In this document: positions 55,267 through 64,000 of the stretch, piece by piece
How positions within the stretch are numbered: the first letter of the stretch is position 1
Layout of the letters: every line of letters starts with the position of its first letter
Source of the DNA: Candidatus Levyibacteriota bacterium
Lineage (GTDB): Bacteria > Patescibacteriota > Microgenomatia > Levybacterales > UBA12049
Length of the DNA: 64,000 nt
Assembly (NCBI GenBank): GCA_017991775.1
Contig: JAGOPV010000002.1
Location: forward strand, 2,360 to 66,359
Direction: 5' to 3'
Position numbers and translations under genes: made by a program
The notes under the pieces: generated by a model
What the model was told of the DNA's origin: nothing
The model's database searches: none
Seen by the model: the letters and a program-made list of their open reading frames with translations, nothing else

Positions 55267-56244
55267 ATGACACTTGGATTTATCGGTTTAGGAAAGATGG
55301 GGACACGGATGGTTGAGAAGTTGCTTCTTGACGGACATGACGTGATTGCGTGGAATCGCTCGCCTGAACCTGTAGAAAGTATCAAGAATTATGTTGCAAG
55401 TAGAAAGCAAGTTAAAGAACATAATACAAGCTACAAGCTACCTACTACAATGGTGGGAGAATTCACAGGTGTTCAGTCAATCGAAAACCTCGTTAAAACA
55501 CTTAAATCTCCACGGGTAGTCTGGGTGATGTTGCCAGCAGGTGATCCAACGGACGATGCATTGACTGAAGTTATTAAGCACACAGAGAAAGGTGATATTG
55601 TCATTGATGGCGCAAACTCTTTCTATAAAGATACGCAGCGTCGCTCTGAAGAACTTTCAAAAATGGATATTAGATTTCTAGGAATTGGTGTGAGTGGTGG
55701 AATAAAGGCGGGAGAAAAAGGGTATCCACTGATGGTGGGTGGAGATAGGTCTGCGTATGACGAGATACTACCATTGCTCGAGACTTTGATTAAGCCAGGT
55801 GGCTCTCATGAATATTTTGGCGAAGGGGGAGCGGGGCATTTTGTAAAAATGGTACATAACGGGATTGAGTATGGGATGATGCAGGCGATTGGTGAAGGCT
55901 TTGGAGTTCTCGAAAAAGCACCATATGTTCTTGATCTAATAAAAGTGAGTGAACTTTGGCAGAAGAATACAATCGTGACGAGTTTTTTGATGGAGTGCGC
56001 GAAAGACGCCTTGGCAAAAGATGCCCATCTCTCAAAAATTGATGGAGTCATCGATGCAACTGGAGAGGCAGAATGGACAGTAGCTCAGGCAAAAGAAGAA
56101 GGGGTGTTTGCAGAGAACATCAATCAATCTCTGGACTTTAGAAGGAGATCACAAACAGATGAAAAAGTTAGATCATCTTTTGCAGCTCGAATGGTAGCAG
56201 CCCTTCGCCACGAATTTGGCGGCCACAAAGTAAAGGAGAGATAA
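55267..56244 (+). CDS. gnd: 6-phosphogluconate dehydrogenase, decarboxylating (short about 300-aa form)
   Basis: N-terminal Rossmann GFIGLGKMGTRMVEKLLLDGHDV. ...HNGIEYGMMQAIGEGF. Confidence 0.7.
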   Translation: MTLGFIGLGKMGTRMVEKLLLDGHDVIAWNRSPEPVESIKNYVASRKQVKEHNTSYKLPTTMVGEFTGVQSIENLVKTLKSPRVVWVMLPAGDPTDDALTEVIKHTEKGDIVIDGANSFYKDTQRRSEELSKMDIRFLGIGVSGGIKAGEKGYPLMVGGDRSAYDEILPLLETLIKPGGSHEYFGEGGAGHFVKMVHNGIEYGMMQAIGEGFGVLEKAPYVLDLIKVSELWQKNTIVTSFLMECAKDALAKDAHLSKIDGVIDATGEAEWTVAQAKEEGVFAENINQSLDFRRRSQTDEKVRSSFAARMVAALRHEFGGHKVKER

Positions 56245-56267
56245 ATCGTCTCTGGAAAAGTCTTTTT

Positions 56268-56853
56268 GTCATTGCGAGCGATCTAATTTATTCTTCGAAC
56301 GAAGTGAGAAGTATATTCAGTGTAAATATTGGTTCTCGCTTGGCTCGAACAATAATGTATGCTTCGAACTTGTCCCGCTAAGCGGGACTGAGTGAGAAGT
56401 ATGATATATGAAACAATGGAAATGGTTTGTTTACATTCTTGAATGCAAGGATGGACTATATTACACAGGAATAACTTGGAATGTTGCAATTAGAATGGAG
56501 CAACATGCGTCCGGAAAAGGTAGCGCATTCACCTCAAGACATGGTTTTAAAAAACTGCGGCATGTTGAAGAATTTAGCAATCTGGCTCAAGCCCGAGAAA
56601 GAGAAACTCAATTAAAAGATTTTAGTAGGAAGAAAAAAGAGGCTTTATTTAATATTGATTAGTTCTCACTATGTTCGAACAATAATTTACTTTTGAACGG
56701 AAGATTTATTCTTCGAACGAAAAGAGAAGTAAGATTTGGATCAGCAATAGGTAGTTCTCACTTCACTCGAACAATAATTTATTCACAAGTGGAATTATTC
56801 TTCGAACTTGCCACGCTTAGCGGGGCGAAGTGAGAAGTTTCGCTCGCAATGAC
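56268..56853. mobile_element. 586-bp GIY-YIG element with 14-bp perfect terminal inverted repeats and modular internal subrepeats
   Basis: TIR-L GTCATTGCGAGCGA (56268-56281). TIR-R TCGCTCGCAATGAC (56840-56853). Three copies of a 27-nt repeat (rGTTCTCrCT...TCGAACAATAAT). Three copies of TTATTCTTCGAAC. Three or four copies of GTGAGAAG. Inverted CCCGCTAAGCGGG/CACGCTTAGCGGGG hairpins flanking the ORF. Inserted between gnd and proS. Confidence 0.6.
56408..56662 (+). CDS. GIY-YIG nuclease family protein
   Basis: WFVYILECKDGLYYTGITWNVAIRMEQH...R..E GIY-YIG core. 84 aa. Confidence 0.75.
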   Translation: MKQWKWFVYILECKDGLYYTGITWNVAIRMEQHASGKGSAFTSRHGFKKLRHVEEFSNLAQARERETQLKDFSRKKKEALFNID

Positions 56854-56879
56854 AGTGCATACTAGAAAGAACTATTTCT

Positions 56880-58124
56880 TTGAGGTATACTCAGCATATG
56901 CGATATTCACAACTTTTTTCAAAAACTCTTCGAAATGCGCCAAAGGATGCTGATACCATTAATCATCAGTTACTGACACAGGCTGGATATGTCGATCAAT
57001 TGATGGCGGGTGTCTATAGCTATCTTCCCCTTGGCCTACGAGTTCTGCGCAAGATTGAGCAAATAGTTCGCGAGGAGATGGATGCAATAGGTGGGCAAGA
57101 AGTACTTATGGGGACTCTCCATCCAAAAGAGATTTGGGAAAAAACAGGTGGATGGGAAAGTATCGATGTCCTCTTTAAGATAAAGAGTAGAACAGAAAAG
57201 GATTATGCATTAGGCCAGAGCGCTGAGGAAGTTGTGACACCGCTTGTGATGCAGTACGTCAGCTCATATAAAGATCTGCCAAAAGCAGTCTATCAAATTC
57301 ATTGGAAATATCGCGATGAATTGCGTGCAAAGTCAGGGATACTACGAGGTCGAGAATTTCTGATGAAAGATATGTATAGTTTTCATGAGACGCAAGAAGA
57401 CTTTGATAGATTTTATGCGATTGTGAAGAAAGCATACCTCAAAGCATTTGAGAGAATGGGCTTGGTCGCAAAGGTGACTGAAGCATCTGGAGGTAATTTC
57501 ACTGAAAAAATATCATATGAATTTATGGTACTTACCGACGCAGGTGAGGATGATATTCTTTACTGCTCATCATGTGACTTTTGCGTCAACGTTGAGATTG
57601 CAAAAGTTGCAGAAGGTGATTCTTGTCCGGCATGCCAACAAGGTGCTCTGCAAAAAGCTCGAGCATCTGAAGCAGGCAATGTCTTTGATCTTGGGCAAAA
57701 ATATGGAAAGAGTTTTGATCTTGGATTTACTGCTCAAGATGGCAGCAAGCAGTATCCGATCATGGGATGCTTTGGCATAGGAGTCTCTCGCAATATGGGT
57801 ATTCTCGTTGAAACACATCACGACGATAAGGGTATTATTTGGCCAGCATCAGTCGCTCCATTTGCTGTGCACCTCGTTGGACTACATGAAGATGCCGTCC
57901 AGGTATATGAAAAGCTAACAAATGCAGGTATAGAAGTACTGTATGATGACAGATCTGATGTGGGGGCTGGCCAAAAATTTGCAGATGCTGATCTTATCGG
58001 AATTCCAGTAAGACTTGTTGTATCTGCAAAGACCATTGAAGCTGGATTGATTGAGTGGAAAAGAAGAAATGAGACAGAATCAGAATTAATTACCTTTGAA
58101 GAAGTGACAAAGAGACTTTCCTAG
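56880..58124 (+). CDS. proS: prolyl-tRNA synthetase (compact form lacking an editing domain, with a Zn-binding Cys cluster)
   Basis: Class II aaRS motifs 2 and 3 (FRGREFLMKDMYSF, GCFGIGVSR). CSSCDFC...CPAC. C-terminal anticodon-binding domain. Confidence 0.8.
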   Translation: MRYTQHMRYSQLFSKTLRNAPKDADTINHQLLTQAGYVDQLMAGVYSYLPLGLRVLRKIEQIVREEMDAIGGQEVLMGTLHPKEIWEKTGGWESIDVLFKIKSRTEKDYALGQSAEEVVTPLVMQYVSSYKDLPKAVYQIHWKYRDELRAKSGILRGREFLMKDMYSFHETQEDFDRFYAIVKKAYLKAFERMGLVAKVTEASGGNFTEKISYEFMVLTDAGEDDILYCSSCDFCVNVEIAKVAEGDSCPACQQGALQKARASEAGNVFDLGQKYGKSFDLGFTAQDGSKQYPIMGCFGIGVSRNMGILVETHHDDKGIIWPASVAPFAVHLVGLHEDAVQVYEKLTNAGIEVLYDDRSDVGAGQKFADADLIGIPVRLVVSAKTIEAGLIEWKRRNETESELITFEEVTKRLS

Positions 58125-58735
58125 GCGCCAGGGAGAAGCTTCATAATATCCACCTTAAATACCACCATCCATACCACTGTATAAGCTATAAGAAAAATTG
58201 GTACACCTGCTATCAGGGCGATCTTGAGAAGCGCAGAGCTATTTTTGGCAGCTGGAACACTTGAATTTGTAGGCACTTGGACTGTTGCGCTAAATGTAGC
58301 GACTGTTGGATCTGGTTTTGTAGATGGAGCATGAACAGCTGCATTTGTAGCCTGTTGAGCAGAGTCTGAGTGCGTTGGAAGTGGTGGGAGTCCGCCATTC
58401 GCAACTGGCACACGAGTGGTAGTCGTTGCTTCTGGAATGGCTGGAGCTGGAGTCGCATACTTTGCAGCAAGTGCAGCATAATCGACCGCTGACTTCGGTG
58501 CGCTAGATGCATCCAAAGATGACTTAGGGGGAGGAAATGCAGATGGATGATCCTGAGCGGGAGAAGCTGCAGGAACAACTGTTGAAGCAGGTGTGGCTGG
58601 AGGTGCTGGTACAACGATAGGTGAAGTGCTAGGGGTTGGTACTGGCTGGGGCGATGTGGCGCCAGCTGACGTTCCCATGACTCTGTCATAGACTTCTTTT
58701 AATTTGGGATCAAGAGTGGTTGATTTTGGGTCCAT
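58121..58735 (-). CDS. hypothetical Pro/Ala/Thr-rich membrane-anchored protein (C-terminal TM)
   Basis: 204 aa, low complexity, with a single C-terminal TM. Confidence 0.4.
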   Translation of the reverse strand: MDPKSTTLDPKLKEVYDRVMGTSAGATSPQPVPTPSTSPIVVPAPPATPASTVVPAASPAQDHPSAFPPPKSSLDASSAPKSAVDYAALAAKYATPAPAIPEATTTTRVPVANGGLPPLPTHSDSAQQATNAAVHAPSTKPDPTVATFSATVQVPTNSSVPAAKNSSALLKIALIAGVPIFLIAYTVVWMVVFKVDIMKLLPGA

Positions 58736-58810
58736 ATTTTTAACGTCTAAGATCTAGCGTCTAGAGAGATAGTTTTATGATCTAAGATTTCACAATCTTT
58801 GTCAAGCACG

Positions 58811-58943
58811 ATCAGTTATCCGTCTTCGGTTATCGGTTATCGGTTATCGGTTATCGCTCTAATTAGATTTGTATGTAAAGTATTTGTACTTATTGTTTAT
58901 CTGAAAACCGAGAACTGACAACTGAAAACCGAAATGGTATACT
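58811..58943 (+). promoter_or_regulatory. leaderless-type promoter module: ATCAGTTATC...(CGGTTAT)x4 ... CTGAAAACCGAGAACTGACAACTGAAAACCG ... TATACTGCAA, 6 nt before the ATG
   Basis: Tandem heptamers at 58829-58856. The right arm 58901-58934 contains the exact reverse complement (CTGAAAACCGAGAACTG) of 32249-32265. TATACT at 58938-58943 with the ATG at 58950. Confidence 0.5.
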
Positions 58944-58949
58944 GCAAGG

Positions 58950-59855
58950 ATGAAAATTATTGTTGCACATTCATCTCCCGATTGGGATGCGATAGGCTCG
59001 ATTTGGCTACTTAAAAAGTATCTCTCAGGTTGGGGAGATGCGACTGTTGCCTTCGTTCCCGCGGGTACTCTACTTAAGGGCGCGAAGGGCCACGGAAAAG
59101 ATGAGTTAGATCCAATTGAGGTTGTTGGTGAGGACGAGATCATTCATGTTGATACTGGCCTTGGACCACTTGACCATCATCAGACTTCGGATAAGTCTGT
59201 TTGTGCGGCAACAAGATCTTGGGACTTTGTTCGAGAAGTTTTAAAAAAATCAGGAAATGAACTAACTTCAGCACATGATGCAGCAGTTACAAAAGTCGTC
59301 GAATATATTCTATCAGGCGATCATTTTAGAGAAGTCTTTTGGGCAGACCCTGCTGCTGATTATCAGGAGTTCTCGCTGATTGGCTTACTGGATGGCATGA
59401 AGCTTTATAAGCCCGATGATGATCGACACTATGTTAGCTTTGGTATGGAGTGTCTCAATGCCATGGTACATACTTTCGAGAGCAGACTCTGGGCGATGGA
59501 GGAAATCGAGAAAAACGGCAAGGAATTCAAAATTAAAATGGGCAAAGCTATCGCCTTTGAAACTGTAAATGACAATGTGGTAAAGTTGTCTCAAAAAATG
59601 GGATATCTTTTAGCTGTTCGTAAAGATCCGCGAAAGGGGTATGTCCGTATAAAGGTCAGGCCAGCATCTTCAAAAGATGATGATCTTGATCTCACAGCTG
59701 CATATGAGAAATTGTCAAAGATTGATACTGAGGCGACATGGTTCTTGCATGTTTCAAAGAAAATGCTCTTGAATGGAACTCCAAAAAATCCTAAGATGAT
59801 ACCAACTGCACTAACTCTCGAGCAGATTATCGATATATTAAAGAGCATATATTAG
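58950..59855 (+). CDS. nrnA: DHH-family phosphoesterase (NrnA-like oligoribonuclease / pAp phosphatase)
   Basis: DHH motifs HSSPDWDAIGS, VDTG and LDHHQT. A DHHA1-like C-terminus. Confidence 0.6.
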   Translation: MKIIVAHSSPDWDAIGSIWLLKKYLSGWGDATVAFVPAGTLLKGAKGHGKDELDPIEVVGEDEIIHVDTGLGPLDHHQTSDKSVCAATRSWDFVREVLKKSGNELTSAHDAAVTKVVEYILSGDHFREVFWADPAADYQEFSLIGLLDGMKLYKPDDDRHYVSFGMECLNAMVHTFESRLWAMEEIEKNGKEFKIKMGKAIAFETVNDNVVKLSQKMGYLLAVRKDPRKGYVRIKVRPASSKDDDLDLTAAYEKLSKIDTEATWFLHVSKKMLLNGTPKNPKMIPTALTLEQIIDILKSIY

Positions 59856-59897
59856 CAAGACTGCAGGTTTGCAGGCCTGCATTACTGCAGAATTATT

Positions 59898-60224
59898 ATG
59901 AGTGATTGTATCTTTTGTAAAATTGCGAGTGGTGAGATCGAAAAAGAATTTGTGTATGAGACAGATGGGGTGATGGTTTTTCCAGATATTCATCCAAGTG
60001 CCCCGATTCATCTTTTGATTATCCCAAAAGTGCATGTGAAAGAATTTGTAGCAGTAGAGGATGAAGCGCTGCTCTCCTCACTGATGAAGGTTGTAAGAGA
60101 GATGGTATTCAAGTTCGGACTTGAAGATAAGGGGTACAGAATAGCTATTAATGGTGGTGGTGCTCAGGAAGTACATCATCTTCACATCCATCTCAAAGGA
60201 CCTATAGCTCAACCTTCTAACTAG
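59898..60224 (+). CDS. HIT-family (histidine triad) protein
   Basis: HhHhH motif VHHLHIHL. CIFCKI N-terminus. Confidence 0.75.
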   Translation: MSDCIFCKIASGEIEKEFVYETDGVMVFPDIHPSAPIHLLIIPKVHVKEFVAVEDEALLSSLMKVVREMVFKFGLEDKGYRIAINGGGAQEVHHLHIHLKGPIAQPSN

Positions 60225-60287
60225 CGCTAGGTTTACTTGCCCTCAATTTTGGTGTAAAATAAAGCCCTAGAACGCATTTTATGCGTT

Positions 60288-60369
60288 AATTTCAAATAAG
60301 TACCAATATCAAATCTCAAATTACCCATCTATTTGAAATTGGATATTTGACATTATGAATTTGAAATTC
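60288..60369 (+). repeat. about 80-nt AT-rich palindromic element in the rpsU 5' region, homologous to the 16S rRNA expansion segment (22896-22973)
   Basis: AATTTCAAATAAgTACCAATATCaAAT...TTTGAAATTGGATATTTGACATTATGAATTTGAAATT, against the 16S AATTTCAAATAAaTACCAATATCcAAT...TTTGGAAATTTGATATTTGATATTGGACATTTGAATTT. Confidence 0.6.
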
Positions 60370-60391
60370 TACTAAAGGGGGTGTTCTTAAT

Positions 60392-60574
60392 ATGGTATAC
60401 GTTAAAAAACAACCAGGTGATAGTGATGATGCGTTAATTCGCAAGTTTTCTCGTAAAGTAATCGATGCTGGCATCGTAAATGAAGCAAAGCGAAGACAAT
60501 TTTATCTTAAGCCTTCTCTTGCAAAGAAATTGAAGCAAGAAGAGTCACGTCGTGAGAGAAAAAGAATCATCTAA
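60392..60574 (+). CDS. rpsU: 30S ribosomal protein S21
   Basis: MVYVKKQPGDSDDALIRKFSRKV...KRRQFYLKPS...RRERKR is typical S21. RBS AAAGGGGG upstream. Confidence 0.8.
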   Translation: MVYVKKQPGDSDDALIRKFSRKVIDAGIVNEAKRRQFYLKPSLAKKLKQEESRRERKRII

Positions 60575-60604
60575 ATATATCCCACAGAATTTTCATTCTA
60601 GCCT

Positions 60605-60988
60605 ATGTCTGATGTTAAGATCCTGATTTTCGTTGAAAGCCGCTATAAAGTTAACCGAAAAAAAGTTAAAGAAACGATCGAGCTTGTTTTGGCGCGAAAA
60701 AATATCACAAGTCCAACTGAGGTATCGCTGGCATTTGTGGGTGATAGAAAGATGCACAGTCTCAATAAGAAATTTCGTAATCTAGACAAGACAACCAATA
60801 TCCTTTCATTTCCATTAAGCGAAGGAGAGCAAACCCATCTTCCATCAGATAGGCTAAGGCTTGGCGATATTGTGATATCGTATCCTGAAATGATCAAGGA
60901 ATCAGTAAGAGACGAGATGATGGTAGACGATAAGATCAATTTTTTTGTTGAGCATGGACTTTTGCATCTGCTTGGAGAACACCACTAG
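60605..60988 (+). CDS. ybeY: rRNA maturation RNase YbeY
   Basis: HGLLHLLGEHH zinc-binding motif. Confidence 0.8.
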   Translation: MSDVKILIFVESRYKVNRKKVKETIELVLARKNITSPTEVSLAFVGDRKMHSLNKKFRNLDKTTNILSFPLSEGEQTHLPSDRLRLGDIVISYPEMIKESVRDEMMVDDKINFFVEHGLLHLLGEHH

Positions 60989-60991
60989 TCT

Positions 60992-62515
60992 ATGGTTTAT
61001 TATCGAAAATACCGTCCCCAGACAATTAACGAGCTTGATAGTGAAGAGGTGAGAAGAAAGCTCACCTCAGTTCTTCTTGGATCCGCTCCTACTTTCCTGA
61101 CAGTTCCACACGCATTTCTTTTTACTGGTCCAAAAGGCCTTGGTAAGACATCAACAGCAAGGATCGTTGCTAAAGTTATTAACTGTACAGGACGTAAGGA
61201 TAAATCAGGTAAAGATGTCGAGCCGTGTAATGAATGCGATCAATGTACATCGATCACCAATGGCTCAAATATGGACATTATGGAGATAGATGCGGCCTCA
61301 AATCGAGGCATTGACGAGATACGAGATCTTCGTGACAAGATTCGACTTGCGCCAGTCTCCTCACTTAAAAAAGTCTACATCATAGATGAGGTGCACATGC
61401 TCACAACAGAAGCATTCAATGCGCTTCTCAAGACTCTGGAAGAGCCACCATCACATGCCGTTTTTATTCTTTGTACGACTGAGTCACACAAGGTTCCATC
61501 CACAGTTCTTTCACGCTGTCTTCATATTGGTTTTAAAAAAGCGACTGATGCAGAGATAGTACGTGCATTTGAGAGAATTGCTAAGGGCGAGAGTCTTTCA
61601 ATAGATGCAGAAGTACTGCAAGAAATTGCAGCCATGTCTGATGGTGGGTTTCGAGATGGGACCAAGATCCTTGAGGAAGTAGTGGCACTTGCGCGAGGCG
61701 AAAATATTACAAAGACATTATTCCAAAGTATTTATACTAATTCAGGTGTCGCAAGTGGGCTAGGCACTTTTTTCCAGGCACTTGTTGAAAAAGACATTCA
61801 AAAGTCGACACAAATGATCTCCACGTTTTCAGATCAAGGTGTCTCAATGGAGTATGTCGCTGATCAAGTTCTTAGCCAGCTGCAAGAAAAGTTGATGGTG
61901 CAGGTTGGGAAAGATGCATCAGAGTCAGAGTTATCTCTTGCAAGCATTGTCAGACTTATCAATCTGTTCTCTGTTGCAGCTAAGGAACTTAAATTCGCGG
62001 TTGTTCCATCTCTCCCCTTGATGGTAGCGATTGTGACATGGTGTGAGGGGGTGGCTCAAGAGGTTCAAAAAGAAAAAACTAAAGTTGAAGTAATAAAGGA
62101 GGTTGGTGGGGAGACAGTTACCGTTGCGACGCTGCGACGACACGTGGGTAATATGGCTAAAGAGCGTGCAGTAAGTGGAGAAGCTGAGCCGAAGGCAGAA
62201 AATCGACCGCCCAAGACTGATCCATCTGACGTCGCTGTGGTTAATTTTAATGCTGAAGGGGAGCATACGCGAGAGTGGATGGATGTTTTATGGAGAAATA
62301 TTATTTCGGAGATGAAAAATCACAATCATATGATTGCCGGTGTTCTTCGTTCATGTAGGATCGGTCAGTTTGATAGAAAGAACATGTTGATCGAGGCTTC
62401 GTCTGCATTTCATAGAGATAAACTAAATGATACTAAGACTCTCTCAATCCTTCATGATGTCGCAGCAAAGTTGGTTGGAAATCCTGTTGAAATTACGATA
62501 GAATTGAAAACGTAG
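60992..62515 (+). CDS. dnaX: DNA polymerase III subunit gamma/tau
   Basis: AAA+ Walker A GPKGLGKTS, CNECDQC zinc module, IIDEVHML Walker B, SRC motif (LSRC). Confidence 0.85.
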   Translation: MVYYRKYRPQTINELDSEEVRRKLTSVLLGSAPTFLTVPHAFLFTGPKGLGKTSTARIVAKVINCTGRKDKSGKDVEPCNECDQCTSITNGSNMDIMEIDAASNRGIDEIRDLRDKIRLAPVSSLKKVYIIDEVHMLTTEAFNALLKTLEEPPSHAVFILCTTESHKVPSTVLSRCLHIGFKKATDAEIVRAFERIAKGESLSIDAEVLQEIAAMSDGGFRDGTKILEEVVALARGENITKTLFQSIYTNSGVASGLGTFFQALVEKDIQKSTQMISTFSDQGVSMEYVADQVLSQLQEKLMVQVGKDASESELSLASIVRLINLFSVAAKELKFAVVPSLPLMVAIVTWCEGVAQEVQKEKTKVEVIKEVGGETVTVATLRRHVGNMAKERAVSGEAEPKAENRPPKTDPSDVAVVNFNAEGEHTREWMDVLWRNIISEMKNHNHMIAGVLRSCRIGQFDRKNMLIEASSAFHRDKLNDTKTLSILHDVAAKLVGNPVEITIELKT

Positions 62516-62622
62516 TAGGCTTGCCACTCCGTAGCCCGACCTCATAGGGCTGATAGAAATAAACTGAGGAACGAAACCCGCCTTCGTTAAAACTTCGTCG
62601 GGCGAAGGGTGGTGATTTATAT

Positions 62623-62907
62623 ATGGCAAATCCATTTGGACAATTAGGTGAATTAAAAAAGATGCGAGATCAGGCGATGCAGATGCAGCGTCAGCTTGCA
62701 GCTGAGGAAATAACTATTGAAAAGAAGGGAATTCTTGTGGTGATCACTGGCGATCAAAAACTTCAAGAAATCCGTACTAACGGTAAGTCTGATAAAGACA
62801 TCGTAGAAGCAGTTAATGAGGCGATTAAGAAATCACAAGAAGTCGCAGCAAAGAAGCTTCAGTCAATGTCAGGAGGCCTCAGCGGACTCTTAGGTGGAAT
62901 GAAATAG
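62623..62907 (+). CDS. ybaB: nucleoid-associated protein YbaB/EbfC
   Basis: 94 aa. MANPFGQLGELKKMRDQAMQMQRQL... is the typical YbaB start. Synteny dnaX-ybaB. Confidence 0.8.
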   Translation: MANPFGQLGELKKMRDQAMQMQRQLAAEEITIEKKGILVVITGDQKLQEIRTNGKSDKDIVEAVNEAIKKSQEVAAKKLQSMSGGLSGLLGGMK

Positions 62908-63033
62908 AACATTTCTTCCATACTTTTTCTAATAGGATTCAACCCCTAGATACCTCTGTAAATTAGGGGTTGAATCCTTGAAAGACTTTAATATATTTGC
63001 TTCTCTTCCTAGATCTTTGTAATATGGATTCAT

Positions 63034-63942
63034 ATGAAGGTAATTAGTGGAAGTGCGAATAAAGACTTGGCTGAGAAAGTAGCGAAGGAATTAGGCATTT
63101 CGTTGTCTCCAGTTGAAATATTTATTTTCCCCGATGGTGAACGACGAATTCAAATCAAGGAGTCGGTGCTTGATCAGGATGTGCTTATCGTTCAGCCTGC
63201 AAGCCCACCAGTCGATACCAATTATTTTGAGCTTTTTTTTCTTGCAGATGCCGCACAAAGAAGTGGTGCCCGAACGATAAGTGCAGTCATTCCATATCTT
63301 GGGTATCAGCGACAAGACCATATTTTTCGAGATGGTGAAGCAGTGTCGCTTGATGTCGTTGTAAAGACACTCCAGTCTGTGGGTATCAATAAGGTCATAG
63401 CATTTGATCTTCATACGATCAAAATAGTTGAAGAATTTTCAATCCCGATGTCTCATCTTTCAGCACTCCCAATATTTGCTGACTACATAGAGTCACATAA
63501 TTGGGCAGGATTAGACACTGTTCTTGTCTCACCAGACAAGGGAGGCATTAGGCGCATTAAATTGATCTCACAAATGTTATCAGATATGCCGTATGCAGTT
63601 ATTGAAAAAAATAGAGATGTAAATACGGGTCATATTGAGATGGCTGGGATCACAGGTGAAGTTACTCATAGAGCCCTCATCGTTGATGATATGATTTCCA
63701 GTGGCAAAACGATTGTAAAAGCAGCAGAACTTTTGTCACAAAATGGAGCAGAGGAGATCTATGTATTTGCAACACATGCTATATTCTCAGATGAAGCACC
63801 ACAAATTTTGGAAGATTCAAGCGTCACAAAAGTCTATGTCTCAGATACGGTCCTTGTTCCAGAATCAAAAAAATTTCCTAAACTAGAGATACTCTCAATA
63901 GCCCCACATATAGCAAAAGAAGTTTCAATTGGTGTTGTTTAG
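63034..63942 (+). CDS. prs: ribose-phosphate pyrophosphokinase
   Basis: N-terminal MKVISGSANKDLAEKVAKELG. PRPP-binding loop ALIVDDMISSGKT. Confidence 0.85.
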   Translation: MKVISGSANKDLAEKVAKELGISLSPVEIFIFPDGERRIQIKESVLDQDVLIVQPASPPVDTNYFELFFLADAAQRSGARTISAVIPYLGYQRQDHIFRDGEAVSLDVVVKTLQSVGINKVIAFDLHTIKIVEEFSIPMSHLSALPIFADYIESHNWAGLDTVLVSPDKGGIRRIKLISQMLSDMPYAVIEKNRDVNTGHIEMAGITGEVTHRALIVDDMISSGKTIVKAAELLSQNGAEEIYVFATHAIFSDEAPQILEDSSVTKVYVSDTVLVPESKKFPKLEILSIAPHIAKEVSIGVV

Positions 63943-64000
63943 ATCAATAAGATCAATTAGACTAGGTAGATAAATTAGTATGAAGATCCCCAAATCCATT

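Noticed and set aside
58213-58689. 158-aa minus ORF rich in Leu/Gln/His
   Set aside because: Alternative frame of the Pro/Ala-rich gene 58121..58735. The low-complexity sequence opens multiple frames. The frame giving a C-terminal TM helix was preferred.
62516-62622. Calling this region an SRP RNA feature
   Set aside because: The conserved SRP domain-IV sequence motifs could not be identified by eye. It is kept only as a low-confidence finding.

Overview
This 64 kb window is a low-GC (about 40%), gene-dense bacterial chromosome segment. Several traits point to a reduced-genome lineage of the Candidate Phyla Radiation / Patescibacteria type (inference): short housekeeping proteins (EF-Ts of 151 aa, ProRS without an editing domain), a 16S rRNA gene not followed by 23S, many Pro/Thr-rich single-TM hypotheticals, and several small GIY-YIG and four-helix-bundle genes. 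The standard genetic code is in use.

Coding content, in order:
- peptide deformylase (partial, at the window edge)
- O-antigen-ligase-like/TPR membrane protein
- mreB-mreC-mreD-mrdA
- dprA-topA
- an SpoU methyltransferase and UDG family 4
- a four-gene headgroup-activation cluster (ATP-grasp, nucleotidyltransferase, CDP-alcohol phosphatidyltransferase, class V aminotransferase)
- 16S rRNA with an AT-rich expansion segment, then a GC-rich foreign-looking ORF, tRNA-Cys(GCA), a small ORF and tRNA-Ile(GAT)
- murF and folC
- two giant repeat-rich surface proteins (984 and 973 aa)
- a deoxypyrimidine/thymidylate cluster (dcd, dcd/dut-like, YfbR-like HD nucleotidase, thyA, Nudix, folA, glyA)
- rpsB-tsf, frr, rseP
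- the oxidative pentose-phosphate genes pgl-zwf-gnd
- proS, nrnA, HIT, rpsU-ybeY-dnaX-ybaB-prs

The most unusual things:
1. A roughly 2 kb cassette (a small ASCH protein plus a GC-rich GNAT-GNAT-ASCH fusion) sits between 20-bp perfect direct repeats inside the deoxypyrimidine cluster.
2. A family of double-hairpin palindromic elements (TGTCAT-[GC]CTGAA-N6-TTCAG[CG]...ATGACAT) occurs directly upstream of topA, UDG and glyA; in one copy a GIY-YIG nuclease gene lies between the two hairpins.
3. A second GIY-YIG gene lies inside a 586-bp element with perfect 14-bp terminal inverted repeats and modular subrepeats.
4. The 16S rRNA expansion segment shares a roughly 80-nt element with the rpsU 5' region.
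5. Three GC-rich islands look horizontally acquired.
6. A conserved leaderless-promoter architecture (ATCAGTTCTC, tandem heptamers, then TATACT exactly 6 nt before the ATG) recurs at three loci.

Every functional call is based on motif recognition by eye; no database search was run.
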